Below, piece after piece: positions 17,420 to 27,600 of a stretch of DNA of 64,000 nt (position 1 is its first letter; the number at the start of each line of letters is the position of its first letter). The DNA is from Alphaproteobacteria bacterium (lineage in GTDB: Bacteria > Pseudomonadota > Alphaproteobacteria > CALKHQ01). The notes beneath the pieces were generated by a model that did not search any database, had not been told where the DNA came from, and saw only the letters and a list, made by a program, of their open reading frames with translations. Location of the stretch: contig CBDDFZ010000002.1 of NCBI GenBank assembly GCA_965227515.1, positions 96,001 to 160,000 of the forward strand, written 5' to 3'. The translations under genes were made by a program, and so were the position numbers.

Positions 17420-18657
17420 CCCCGCGCCGCCGATTCTGGCATGTGGCGGGCGCGGGTACCGCGTTTCAGGCAGGATCGGCCGCGGTGGACAGCGCAACGG
17501 TGATGTCGGCGCTGGTTTTCCAGCTAACGGGAAGCGCAATTGCCGTCGGCGCAGTTCCCACTATTCTTCGGCTTGGCTGGCTTCTACCGCAGATTTTCGT
17601 TGGCTACTTGGCCGGCTGTGCCGTCTCCTCGATGCCGTTCTACATCCTGGGAGCATTTGGGCGAAGCGCGGCGATTGCTTTCTTAGCGATCGTACTCTGG
17701 ATTGGGTCAGCGGCAGGCTGGTCAAATGCTACGATCGGCGCGGCAACATTGGGAATATGGGTGCTGTATGCGTTTCTGAGCGGTGTCGTTGGCGTTCCGT
17801 ACAACGACATCGTCGCCCGATCGGTCCCGTCTGAACTCCGTAGTCGGCTGCTCTCGGTTCGCTTTCTCGGAGGCGGAATAGCTGCGCTCTTGGTCGCAGT
17901 GCTGGCTGACAGACTAATGCGATCGCTCGACTTTCCCGTCTCTTACGCCGCTATACTGGGGATTGCGGCGGTTCTAATGATGCTCTCATCCATAGTTTTT
18001 GTAGTGATGGGAGAACCGGAAAAAACGGCACCACTTAAAGCAGCCGAGAATTTCAAGGCCTATCTGAGCGACGGTGTGGCAGTGTTCAGAGGCGACACAG
18101 TCTTCCGTCACTTTTTATTTGCTCAGTGGTGCGGTAGCGCCGTTCTCATCGCCGCTCCTTTTTTTATCGTTGCAGCCGCCGCGCTGGGCATGTCCTTGGA
18201 AAACGTGGCGCTTCTGCTCGTCGCCCAGACTGCCGGCACGCTCGCCAGCAATCCGCTTTGGGGGTGGTGGGGCGATCGCCTTGGCAAAATGAGCCTGATG
18301 CGAAGCATTGCGGTTGCGCGTGCGGCCCCGCCAACAGTCATTCTGAGCGTGCTATTCATCCCAGTGTCGCACGATTGGCTCATGGCGATCTTGCTGGTGG
18401 TCTTTTTTGTTATCGGAGCATTGGCGAGTGGGCTTACAATCGCGGTCATCGGACTCCTGATGGAAATATCTCCAGAAGACCGTCGCCCAGCCTACAGCGG
18501 CTATTTCAGTGCGCTTACGGCGCCCGCATACATTTTTCCAATTTTCGGAGGCCTTACTGCAGTCACCTTTGGGATATGGTTTGTGTTCGCGATATCGCTC
18601 CTTGCCACATTTGCTCAGACCGTAGCTCTCTCAAGAATAGACATGACAGAAAGTTAG
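17416..18657 (+). CDS. MFS transporter
   Basis: 413 aa, about 12 TM, WG..GDRLG motif; GTGA overlap with previous gene. Confidence 0.85.
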   Translation: MTPRRRFWHVAGAGTAFQAGSAAVDSATVMSALVFQLTGSAIAVGAVPTILRLGWLLPQIFVGYLAGCAVSSMPFYILGAFGRSAAIAFLAIVLWIGSAAGWSNATIGAATLGIWVLYAFLSGVVGVPYNDIVARSVPSELRSRLLSVRFLGGGIAALLVAVLADRLMRSLDFPVSYAAILGIAAVLMMLSSIVFVVMGEPEKTAPLKAAENFKAYLSDGVAVFRGDTVFRHFLFAQWCGSAVLIAAPFFIVAAAALGMSLENVALLLVAQTAGTLASNPLWGWWGDRLGKMSLMRSIAVARAAPPTVILSVLFIPVSHDWLMAILLVVFFVIGALASGLTIAVIGLLMEISPEDRRPAYSGYFSALTAPAYIFPIFGGLTAVTFGIWFVFAISLLATFAQTVALSRIDMTES

Positions 18658-18760
18658 GTAAGGTACTATTTCGCAACTCTAAATCTAGTAGCGTATTGTC
18701 TGATCTTATCGCTGATTTGGTCTCCGTCTAGATATTGTTTTTCTGGGCACAGAGTATCCT

Positions 18761-20254
18761 GGCGATTATGATCCTGACAAAGTAGAATGCGTTTCGCTGG
18801 GCCGAGATCATTGGTGAGCGCCTAGCCGAGATGTGATGGCGCGTAGGCGAGGCGGCCCAATATCTCTTCCAGGACGTGTTCGGCGACTGACCAACTCGTT
18901 GCCACCCGGCCGATGCGCTGCATTTTTCGTCGGTAGGCGTGCTGCAGATGCTGTGAAAGGCCATGTCGCAAACTCGGAAGATGCCAGAGAAGCGGAAAGA
19001 GGCCGAACCCGGGGCGTTCGTGCGGTTCACGGCAGCGACGGCCAAGGTTGCGCCGTCCCGGCGGCCTAAGCCAAAGACAGAGAACGAGTAGGCTGTCACC
19101 GGCCGCCGGGGCGTAAATCCCGGTGTTAAAGCGGTAAGACATACTGGCGCGGCCAAGATCGCGTGTGTGCGCAGATACGCGTCCAGCGACCGTGGCAGCG
19201 ACGAAGGTGAGCGCGTACGTACACTCTCACGCCTTCAGCGCGTGTCATTGCCACTACTCCGATTGTCAAAGCAGGGGGTGGAGCCCCTGCCGCTCCGGAC
19301 CGCACTTCGCGGTCCGCGGCCTACAGCGAGCCCGGCCAGAGGCCGGTGACAGTCAGAGCCGGCGGCAGCTTGCTCGAAGCATACCAGATTTGGTGTGCGG
19401 AGTCTCGATTCGGTCCAGAAATGCTAATTGGGCCAACGCCGTGCCAGGTGGCGCAGCAGCGCCTGGCGGATGGTGAGGCGGCGGGTGGCCCGCTTACCGC
19501 TGATCAGGCCGCCGATAGGTGAGGCGCTTGCCGGCGATGCCCTTGGCGGCCAGTGCGGCGCGTTCGAGGTCGGAGACATCGCGGCTGTTGAAGCGGAAGT
19601 CGAACTCGCCGAGGTAGCAGCGCAGGTGCTTCTGGCTGACGTGGTGGTAGTTACCGCTGATGCCGCGCTTGAGCAGCGAGAACGCGTTCTCGATGGTGTT
19701 GGTGTGCCAGAACTGGCCGCGCACGTATTCCTTGGCGCTGTGGTTGACCGAGCCGTGGCCGCTGAATTCCTCACCGGGTGCGGCGTAGGTCTTGGACTCG
19801 TCGGTCATGAGATAGGAGCCAGGGTCGATGTGGCTGGTGAGGATGGGGCGCAGGGTCTTGGCGGTGACGTCCGGCACATGGAACGAGCGCAGCTTGCCGT
19901 CACGCTCGACCAGCGCCATGACTGCCTCTTTGTTGCGCGGCGCGCGGTGAGCGCGATCCTGGAGCGCTCGAACTCGCTTGAACAGAGTGTCGACTGTCAG
20001 CGGATGGCGGCAGGCAATACTCTGTTAGAGGCCAAGTCGATGGGACTTGCCTTCGAGGGGGCGGCAGCTCAGTATGCCGTGGCGCGGGCAGATGGGCCAG
20101 TTGGTCAGGCTTGGTTGCAGCCAACCGCGTCCCTTGTGTTCGGTGTGGAGGATGGGATTGGCATGGTCGTTCATGGCGATTTCCCTTTACCTCTAGAGAT
20201 AGTCGGTCTTAATCATTGCACTCTTTGTCAAAATTGGCGCTACTGATAATATAC
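18761..20254 (-). mobile_element. Decayed IS1595-family element (ISNwi-like ends)
   Basis: Left end GGCGATTATGATCCTGACAAAG; opposite end reads GTATATTATC...TGACAAAG on the minus strand; encloses transposase remnant; no target duplication seen. Confidence 0.55.
19494..20174 (-). pseudogene. IS1595-family (ISXO2-like DDE) transposase, disrupted
   Basis: Intact C-terminal part LMTDE..Y, VNHS..EYVRG, HTNTIE..FS.LKR, HL..YL.EFDFR; N-terminal zinc-ribbon remnant (NPI.H.E...ICP...LEGKSHR.GL) with a stop and an internal deletion. Confidence 0.85.
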
Positions 20255-20418
20255 AAGTGGGAACCGAGGTCGAGAGCATGTGCTGGTAGTGACAGCCGCG
20301 CCCGGCCAAAACACCACTATGCGGTTTGTTTCAAGTCTCGAACTTATTTTATTGTCTTGTTTTTTTCATTAAATCTAAGTTGTCTTTACTTTTCTTCATA
20401 TGCAGACAAAGTTCTCCT

Positions 20419-22164
20419 TCAAACCTCCTTGGCCGTAACGACTGCGCCTTCGCTGGATATATGAGCCTTCAGACGTTCAGCCTGGCTCTTGGGTGTCGCG
20501 ATCGCCAGCAGCCTTTTGGCTCTTGAGGCGGCCACATATAGTTTTCGTGCATCCTCGGCCTTGTCGGCCGGCTCGCCTGTTTCCAAGAAATCCAAGATAC
20601 CCTTGAGAGTGGATGTCGTGACGACACAGACAGCCGGATACTCCTTACCTTTGACCGAATGAATCGTCCGGGGCATCGCTGTTTCGGCTGGTACAGCCGC
20701 AAGCGCCGCATTCAACCCGGCATTCCAAGCCAGCTTTTGAGAAATAGATTTTCCGTCTTCAATCGTTAGTTCGCTTGATAAGAAATCCTTGGCAGCGTCG
20801 TGCCACGCCTTTGCCCCTGCATATTTTATCGGATCAAACCTAAGGGACCTGAGAACAGAGATAACTTTCGGACGCCAGCTAGCAGGTTCTATTTCATTAT
20901 CTGTGAGATATTGATGGTACGACCGGTCGCCTAGGCGCCCCTCCAGTTCCAGGAGAATCCGGTGGACGCTCTCGATGGCCGTTTTCATGTCACTAAAGCC
21001 CGCAGCGAAATGAAAGTCGGTTACGGCTTCGGCAAGCCGGATAGTCCGTTGGCCTGAATTGGTGGGCCGCGGCTGACCCGCGGCGGCCGCACCGCTTGCC
21101 TTTGTTGCCGCGACGATGGGCGCAGATGAAACATCGACACCGGCCTCTCTTAGCAGGGCACAAAATGCCGTGCCAATTGAAGCCGGAACTCCTTTGCCCG
21201 GATAGGACAGAATCTGAACCGGCGCGGTTTCATCCTTCAATTGCCCGAGAGCATCGTCGGGTGCGCCGCGAGCAGCGGGTGGCCTGAACTGGGCGAGGGC
21301 CTTGCAGATATTAGGCGTAGATCGGAAGTTGCCGGTCAAATCCTTGCGCTGGTCGGAGGGAAACGTATCCGCGAACTCAAAAAGATGATCGGTGACGCCG
21401 CCGCGAAATTCATAAATCGATTGATGGGGATCGCAAACGACTTTCACGGGCAGGCCGGAATCACGCAACCATGAGATGACAGTCAGATCGTCGGGGTTGC
21501 AGTCCTGCGCTTCATCTACGATGACCTCGCGAAACCGACCCCTGAGCGCACCGGCGATCCGGCTCGCAAGCGTCTGGTCATTGAGGCGTTCAAGCGCGAC
21601 AGCACGCGCTTCGTCAAAGCCCAACTGGCCCCGTTCGCGTAAGCTGGCACGGAGCCGGGTAGCGGCTGTCGTATACGCTTGAAGCTGATAGTCCTGCTTT
21701 TGGGATACGTCAAAGCCCTTGCGCTTGGCCGCCAAATCAATAATCGCGCCTGTTTGTGGGCAAAAACAGGATAGGGGCAGAGCGTGAGCGCCATTGAACG
21801 GCTCGACTGCAAGATGCGCGATGTCGGCAAGCAGGCGCGGGCGTGCATCGCAATCCTTGAGGCTAAACGGCGCAACTAGGAACTGCCAGACGAAACTGTC
21901 GAAGGAGCCGACAAAGCTCGGAAAGAGGGGCGTGGAAAGCAGTCCTTCCTGCCTGAGCCGGGTATCGAGTTCAATAACGGCGGCTTGCGTAAAGGATATG
22001 AACGCCACGCCGCGTCCCGGCAACATACTCCGAAACACCCGGCGGGCGCGTTCGGTCATCACCCTCGTTTTTCCGGCGCCAGGACAGGCCGTTACAAAGG
22101 CCGAGCCGTCATGACCGATAACAGCGCGTTGCTCGTCGGTGGGATTGAAGGGTAGCTGGCTCAT
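20419..22164 (-). CDS. gajB: UvrD-like SF1 helicase, Gabija GajB-type
   Basis: ACPGAGKT, VDEAQD, DPHQSIYEFRG, NFRS, TIHSVKGKEY, YVAASRAK; ATGA overlap with OLD nuclease. Confidence 0.85.
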   Translation of the reverse strand: MSQLPFNPTDEQRAVIGHDGSAFVTACPGAGKTRVMTERARRVFRSMLPGRGVAFISFTQAAVIELDTRLRQEGLLSTPLFPSFVGSFDSFVWQFLVAPFSLKDCDARPRLLADIAHLAVEPFNGAHALPLSCFCPQTGAIIDLAAKRKGFDVSQKQDYQLQAYTTAATRLRASLRERGQLGFDEARAVALERLNDQTLASRIAGALRGRFREVIVDEAQDCNPDDLTVISWLRDSGLPVKVVCDPHQSIYEFRGGVTDHLFEFADTFPSDQRKDLTGNFRSTPNICKALAQFRPPAARGAPDDALGQLKDETAPVQILSYPGKGVPASIGTAFCALLREAGVDVSSAPIVAATKASGAAAAGQPRPTNSGQRTIRLAEAVTDFHFAAGFSDMKTAIESVHRILLELEGRLGDRSYHQYLTDNEIEPASWRPKVISVLRSLRFDPIKYAGAKAWHDAAKDFLSSELTIEDGKSISQKLAWNAGLNAALAAVPAETAMPRTIHSVKGKEYPAVCVVTTSTLKGILDFLETGEPADKAEDARKLYVAASRAKRLLAIATPKSQAERLKAHISSEGAVVTAKEV

Positions 22165-23981
22165 TTGACCAGCGCTTTGATGGCGTCCTGGATATAGTCG
22201 GGAACGTTAAATGTATCGCTTGCGCCAACCTTCTCCGCCAGGAGCTGGGCAAAGTCACCCTTCGGCGTGTTCTTGAATAGCTCCTGTATGGCTTTGGCGC
22301 GGATATCGCCATCATTGGCGACCGCTGCGTCCCATTTCGCGGCGGATCGGGGATGAAGCGCCAGATACACGTCTTTCATACATGCGGCATTGCCAGCAGC
22401 GACCAGTTCGGTTTCCAGTGAGTACGTATTCACGCAAACATCGAGAACTTCTGCCGCGCCATTACCTGCTGCCAGCGCATCAAGATCGGCCTTCCGCTTG
22501 TCGCCAGACGCCGCCTCCCCTTCATCTGCTGTGTGCTTGTCGCCGTCCGTTACAATGACTAAACGGTCGGCGATCCGTACTCCGTCATAGGGGGCCAAGA
22601 GGGCCTTGGCGTATGGCACAAAATCAACACCGTCAATCGGCACGAAGACGGCTGAACGAAATATCCGAAAGTCCGCTGGATGGTCTTTGAGGACATAATG
22701 CTTGGCGAGAACGGGCAACAGCAACGCTTCGGCAATGCCTTCGACCAGCAGCACCCTGCCGCCAAACAGCAGGGCAGATTTGGTAACGTCGAGATAGCGG
22801 TCAATCTTCCTGCGGTCGGGCTCAGTAAGGTCAAGTTTGGCAAGAGGGATACACCGGGATTCGGGCCGCGGTGGCGGCTTCTCTGCTGCCTGTGTTTCAG
22901 CGGCCTCATCGGGTGCAGGCTTGTCCGCCGCTTCACCACCCATCACCACTGGCGCGATCGATCGGACGAAAACGAGGCTCTTGCTAGGGACCCATGCGGA
23001 CAGGTTAGGAGAATGCGTCGCGACGATGACCTGCAAATGCCCGGCGGGTGCGTCCTTGTCGTCCTTGGCTTTAAGGGAATGTTCGGCCCGCTCTTCCAGG
23101 AAGTTCAATACGGCGGCCTGGAGCTGCGGATGCAGATGGGCTTCCGGCTCTTCGACAAGGAACATCGTCAGTTCGGCATTATCGGTCCTTTCAAGCTCGA
23201 CGGCGATGGTGGCGATGTACAGAAGGTTCGCAAATCCGTGTCCGGAATATTGCAGGTCTTCTGGCGTAAAACTGTGATCGGCGAGTTTGAAGCGTAGGTC
23301 ACGCGCGATGTCGATAAGCTTTTCATCCGTGCTAAAACCGAGCGTCGCGCCCTGCCGCCGGACACCGGCAGTCAGAATGTCTAGTCCTGTCGCAACGGCG
23401 GTATCAACATCGGTCAGAATGGGATGCTCGCTTGTCCGGGCGAGGCTCTTCGCTACGTCCTCGGGATCACGCTTGCCGAGAAAGTGGTTGAGCAAAGCGT
23501 GAATGCGTGAGGGGTGGCCGGAGGCAAGTGCGTGCTTGGCGTCTCGCAGCGGCGGCAGATAGACATGGCGGATCATATCGTGGGCGCCCGCCTCGGGAAC
23601 GCTCCTAAAGCGGCCCGCCCAAAGAGTAGGCCGAATATGTCCTGGATGGCCTGTTGCATCGTAGGTCAGCCCAAAACATGCCTCCTGCAGCGTGTCGTCT
23701 GTCGTTGCGGAAATCAGCCTTCCTTGTTGCGGTGCGGATAGTTCACAAAATTTGGCGCAAATCTCGAAACTGTGTGGTATTGCGCCAAAGCGAATATCAG
23801 TTGGGTCGCAATATAATTCTCGGCGCCCGCTCAAAGGTCTAGATAAGAGTCGAATGGCATCTATGATATTACTCTTGCCGCCGTTATTTTCTCCAACCAA
23901 AATGGCAAGTCCTTTTTGAAATTCAATTGTATCGCTTGAAAACGACCGGAAGTTTGATAACTGCAGTTGTGCCAAATGCAT
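22161..23981 (-). CDS. gajA: OLD-family ABC-ATPase/TOPRIM endonuclease, Gabija GajA-type
   Basis: NFRS, GENNGGKS, EEPEAHLHP, THSP, TOPRIM VEG..E, DGD, SLE. Confidence 0.87.
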   Translation of the reverse strand: MHLAQLQLSNFRSFSSDTIEFQKGLAILVGENNGGKSNIIDAIRLLSRPLSGRRELYCDPTDIRFGAIPHSFEICAKFCELSAPQQGRLISATTDDTLQEACFGLTYDATGHPGHIRPTLWAGRFRSVPEAGAHDMIRHVYLPPLRDAKHALASGHPSRIHALLNHFLGKRDPEDVAKSLARTSEHPILTDVDTAVATGLDILTAGVRRQGATLGFSTDEKLIDIARDLRFKLADHSFTPEDLQYSGHGFANLLYIATIAVELERTDNAELTMFLVEEPEAHLHPQLQAAVLNFLEERAEHSLKAKDDKDAPAGHLQVIVATHSPNLSAWVPSKSLVFVRSIAPVVMGGEAADKPAPDEAAETQAAEKPPPRPESRCIPLAKLDLTEPDRRKIDRYLDVTKSALLFGGRVLLVEGIAEALLLPVLAKHYVLKDHPADFRIFRSAVFVPIDGVDFVPYAKALLAPYDGVRIADRLVIVTDGDKHTADEGEAASGDKRKADLDALAAGNGAAEVLDVCVNTYSLETELVAAGNAACMKDVYLALHPRSAAKWDAAVANDGDIRAKAIQELFKNTPKGDFAQLLAEKVGASDTFNVPDYIQDAIKALVK

Positions 23982-24109
23982 GAAAAATATCCTAGCGCAT
24001 TCCGTCGGCTGCTACCATGCGTGGTCATGGGGGGGCGCTATTCTTTGGTGGTACTTAGGCTATGGCACCGTCATTGGTTTGGGCCGAGGGATAGCATGGT
24101 GTGTTCGGC

Positions 24110-24619
24110 TTACTCGCGGAACTCGCGATCCGAATCCAACAAGGCATCAACAGCAATTCGCACAGCCGCAACTGCATCTGCCGGCGTGACAGTAGAGTAG
24201 TGCCGCATCCGATGTACCGCGGTGCTCGCATTCGTGACGATGTGTTGGAGATCCTGAGGAGCATTTTCATAGAATAAGTCGCTACTGTCGAGATAGATGG
24301 GCCCCACGCGCTCGAGATGCTTTCGGCACCAGGCGTCTACGCCGTGCGCAACCGCAAGGCTGAGGTCATCCGCGTCGCTCGTCGAAGCCATGCAATTGCT
24401 CCCAATTCTATTTGCAGCACGACGAAGATTGTCCCTGGCCTGATCTATATCCCACTGTAACCTGACACTATCGGTCAGGGGGGCACCGACACGGACTTTC
24501 CAGGTCAGCTCCAAATTGACTGCTTCCCCTCGACCGGTTGTGGTCTTCTCAGCCGGCAAGACCACTTGGAACGAGCGACTTCCTTCTTCCCAATAGGGTC
24601 GGGATTTTCGCTCAGACAT
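24110..24619 (-). CDS. Hypothetical protein (about 169 aa)
   Basis: ATG 24619 preceded by GAGGAGGT RBS; co-oriented with neighbours; no family recognised. Confidence 0.6.
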   Translation of the reverse strand: MSERKSRPYWEEGSRSFQVVLPAEKTTTGRGEAVNLELTWKVRVGAPLTDSVRLQWDIDQARDNLRRAANRIGSNCMASTSDADDLSLAVAHGVDAWCRKHLERVGPIYLDSSDLFYENAPQDLQHIVTNASTAVHRMRHYSTVTPADAVAAVRIAVDALLDSDREFRE

Positions 24620-24797
24620 GGCTGACCTCCTCGGATCGTTGCGGCTCATCGATGTCCTCGTTCGTTTGCGATCGACCTTCAGAGGAATTGTCGGTGACGC
24701 TCCTGCCAGCACCGTATGGCCTGACTCGACCGTGGACGCCACTCAATTCGGTGGCGTTTTCAAGCCCAAACCGATGGCGCTGCGATCGACCCGCTGT

Positions 24798-25748
24798 CTA
24801 TCCGGCGTCGTTGTGGTTATCTGATGAGGATGCCTCGTTTTCGGCGTTCTGACGAGACGCCTCGGCAGCTGCGGCTGCCTTTTCGAAGCCCTCTGCGAAT
24901 AGACCCATTCCGAGGGCTGCACCCTTGTGCCGCGCCAGCTGCGCCTCGATCGTTTCAGGGAGATCGCCGACCTCCCTTAGCATTGTTTTCAACCGCTTTC
25001 GAAGTTCAGACTTAGTCATTGTCTTGAGGTCCATCATGAAGCACACCGACGAGAACTCGTCACGACGGAAGCTGGGCGGTAGCGCCATCTCGCACCAGCT
25101 CGCTAAAAAAAGTGCACCGGATACATCCTTGCCTTCTATGGTCCATATCAAAGGCTCGCCGCATTTGTCTTCAAGTGCGGAGCAGACATAGAACCAGTCT
25201 CGCATCAGTGCGCCTTGCTTGAATGGGGTGGATTCGTCCTCGGTCAGCGGGCCAAGCAGATGGACTTCGACCTTGGCCTCATCGAGCAGAATGTCGTCGG
25301 GGTGGGGGTATAGGCGGGGTGGTTCACGTCGTTGCTGCTTATATTGGGCCAGGAGGCGCTGCCCCTCCAACTTTCTCCGAGCGAAGTACTCAAAGTTTTT
25401 TAGAGCACGCTTCTGTGCTTTGCGCTCTTCTTCTTTCAAAAGCTCCATCGCGTATCTTTTCGCTAGGCGATTGCCTTTGATGCCATCAAGGACAATACTT
25501 CGCGCGATAGCGTTCGCCGCACTCATTTCAACAGCTTGGCCGTTCTCATTCAGAGTCAGACGACGGAATGCCTCTTGCTCCAACAAACGTTCGAGGCTCC
25601 CATCGCGGAACCGCTTCGGTTCTGGGGCCTGCTTTGCCTTCTTAGGCCGCCCCTTTGGATTGCCGGACTGGCCCTTCCTGAATCTATGCTCTGCCGGCGG
25701 CTTGCCGTAGCCCACCGAGTAGGTCGCATCCTTGCGTTGCCTGCTCAT
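24798..25748 (-). CDS. DUF5681 domain protein
   Basis: YSVGYGKPP...RFRKGQSGNPKGRPK N-terminus; ATGA overlap with methyltransferase. Confidence 0.85.
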   Translation of the reverse strand: MSRQRKDATYSVGYGKPPAEHRFRKGQSGNPKGRPKKAKQAPEPKRFRDGSLERLLEQEAFRRLTLNENGQAVEMSAANAIARSIVLDGIKGNRLAKRYAMELLKEEERKAQKRALKNFEYFARRKLEGQRLLAQYKQQRREPPRLYPHPDDILLDEAKVEVHLLGPLTEDESTPFKQGALMRDWFYVCSALEDKCGEPLIWTIEGKDVSGALFLASWCEMALPPSFRRDEFSSVCFMMDLKTMTKSELRKRLKTMLREVGDLPETIEAQLARHKGAALGMGLFAEGFEKAAAAAEASRQNAENEASSSDNHNDAG

Positions 25749-27076
25749 TCGGCTGCCTCCACAGACAGTTGTTGTGTCCGCTCCGCCTCTGTGTCCTCGA
25801 ACGTCGAGCCAGTTGCCCCGAGTGTGGCAGCCTTGCCGGTGAAGCGCTCAAACCGACGCAATATGGTGTCGCAGTAGAGGGGATCGATTTCGATGACGCG
25901 GGCAGTCCGTCCAGTCTTTTCGGCCGCGATCAGCGTTGTGCCGGCGCCCGCAAATGCATCCAACACAATGCCGCCCCGCTCCGAGCAGTCACGTATTGCA
26001 TCGGCAACCAACGCAACTGGCTTGACCGTGGGGTGCATCGCCTGCTCTTCGGCACGCGTCGCAGAAAGACTGCTGATCCCTGCATAGTCCCAGACATTGG
26101 TGCGATATCGTCCCTGGTCGCCCAGACCGAACGTGTTGATATGCGGCGCAGAGCCGACCTTGAACACGAACACCAGCTCGTGCTTGGACCTGTAGAAGGT
26201 GCCCATGCCGCCATTGGTCTTGTTCCAAACGCACAGGTTCTTCAACTCGGTGAACACCTGTTGTCCCGCCGACAGCAGTTCGCCCATGTGACGCCAGTCC
26301 ATGCACACGAACGCAATGGCGCCGTCTCGGCAGGCGGTGGCCGCGGCACCCAGGGTTTCCGCCAGAAATGACGTGAAGGCCGTCTCAGACATTTCGCCGA
26401 CGCCCATGGCGAACTCGCGATGTCTCACGCGGCCCAGGCCGGAGACGTGCCCGTCGATGGGAACATTGTAGGGTGGATCGGTGAAGATCAGATCGACACG
26501 CTCACCTCCAAGGAGAGCCACATAGCTCTCGTGTTGCCTGGCGTCGGCGCAGATGAGCCGGTGACGTCCTAGATCCCAAAGGTCACCCGGCCGTGACACG
26601 GCCGCCTCGGGCGTCTCTGGTATCCAGTCCTCGCCAGCCTCTCGGCGATCCGGCGTTGCTTCGCTCGCGGCGTCAAGGACCAGGTCGATTTCGCCGACCG
26701 AGAAGCCGGTCACTGACAGGTCGAAGTCGAGGTCGATCAGCTCCTGCAGTTCAAGCGCCAAAGTCTCCTGATCCCATCCTGCATTGAGTGCCAACTTGTT
26801 GTCGGCCAGCACATAGGCCCGCCGCTCAGTGGCAGAGAGATGTGAGAGGCGAATGGTTGGGACCGTCTTCAGTCCTAACAGGCGAGCAGCTTCAACCCGA
26901 CCATGGCCGGCAACGATCTCACCGTCGTCGCTGACTAGGACCGGATTGGTGAAGCCGAATTTCTTGATGCTGTCGGCAATCTGGCGAATCTGTTTCTTCG
27001 AGTGTCGGCGCGCATTCCTCTTATAGGGCCGAAGCGTACCGACTGACTGGTCGACAATGCGATGTTCAAAGGCCAC
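25745..27076 (-). CDS. ParB/Srx N-terminal domain fused to N6/N4 DNA methyltransferase
   Basis: NAR.HS..QI, FGF.NP, AGHGR, ADNK (ParB-like); TDPPYN, HPTVKP, DAFAGAGTT (beta-class MTase); GTG start with AGGAG. Confidence 0.92.
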   Translation of the reverse strand: MAFEHRIVDQSVGTLRPYKRNARRHSKKQIRQIADSIKKFGFTNPVLVSDDGEIVAGHGRVEAARLLGLKTVPTIRLSHLSATERRAYVLADNKLALNAGWDQETLALELQELIDLDFDLSVTGFSVGEIDLVLDAASEATPDRREAGEDWIPETPEAAVSRPGDLWDLGRHRLICADARQHESYVALLGGERVDLIFTDPPYNVPIDGHVSGLGRVRHREFAMGVGEMSETAFTSFLAETLGAAATACRDGAIAFVCMDWRHMGELLSAGQQVFTELKNLCVWNKTNGGMGTFYRSKHELVFVFKVGSAPHINTFGLGDQGRYRTNVWDYAGISSLSATRAEEQAMHPTVKPVALVADAIRDCSERGGIVLDAFAGAGTTLIAAEKTGRTARVIEIDPLYCDTILRRFERFTGKAATLGATGSTFEDTEAERTQQLSVEAAE

Positions 27077-27217
27077 TGCGGACTCCTCTAACTAAAGTCA
27101 GCGCGTATCGTCGGCTGGGCGACTCGGAATCGACCCCGCGCCATTCCTCAATAATGATCCGGATGGTGGCGCGAATCAAACATGAACATGCTCGCGCGGC
27201 ACAGACTAAGGGCGTTA

Positions 27218-27499
27218 TTCATCCCGCCGATAGCAGTGAAATAGGTCATCACACTGTTAGGAGGTATGGTTTTATCCCAGTATAGTGGTGTTTCATCCCA
27301 CAATTATCCCATGCTACTGTAGAAACTTCCCAAAATTGTCTGCATCTTCGCTGTGTTATCCCACCGACTATCAGCCAATCCCGTGGTTGGCGCGGGGTTC
27401 AAGCCGAGGAGAATCTGAGGTATCGGTCAGTGGATCGCACCCTTGTGGGCACGGGAATAGCGCCACATCAATGAGATATGCGTGTGACGCGAAGGGGAT
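27218..27499. repeat. Helically phased array of (A/T)TCCC motifs
   Basis: Motif starts 27221, 27274, 27295, 27306, 27327, 27358, 27378 (gaps 53, 21, 11, 21, 31, 20); inverted copies at 27453 and 27495. Confidence 0.6.
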
Positions 27500-27600
27500 G
27501 AGCGGCTGTTGGGCCGGCAAATTCATAAAGCGATATGCCCCCGCGCCAACATCCGTAATAGCGCACGGTTCACTGTTCTTGGCCGAGACGACGCTTAGAT

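Noticed and set aside
18728-19156. Minus-strand ORFs 18728-19156 and 18822-19142
   Set aside because: No RBS, recognisable motif or coding-like composition; lie in the decayed IS passenger region
19428-20246. 272-aa + strand ORF with protein-like composition
   Set aside because: Exact antisense of the IS1595 transposase remnant; explained by codon bias of the opposite strand
27218-27499. Possible CRISPR array or tandem repeat
   Set aside because: Repeat unit is only 5-8 bp with irregular gaps; no 23-47 bp repeats and no cas genes
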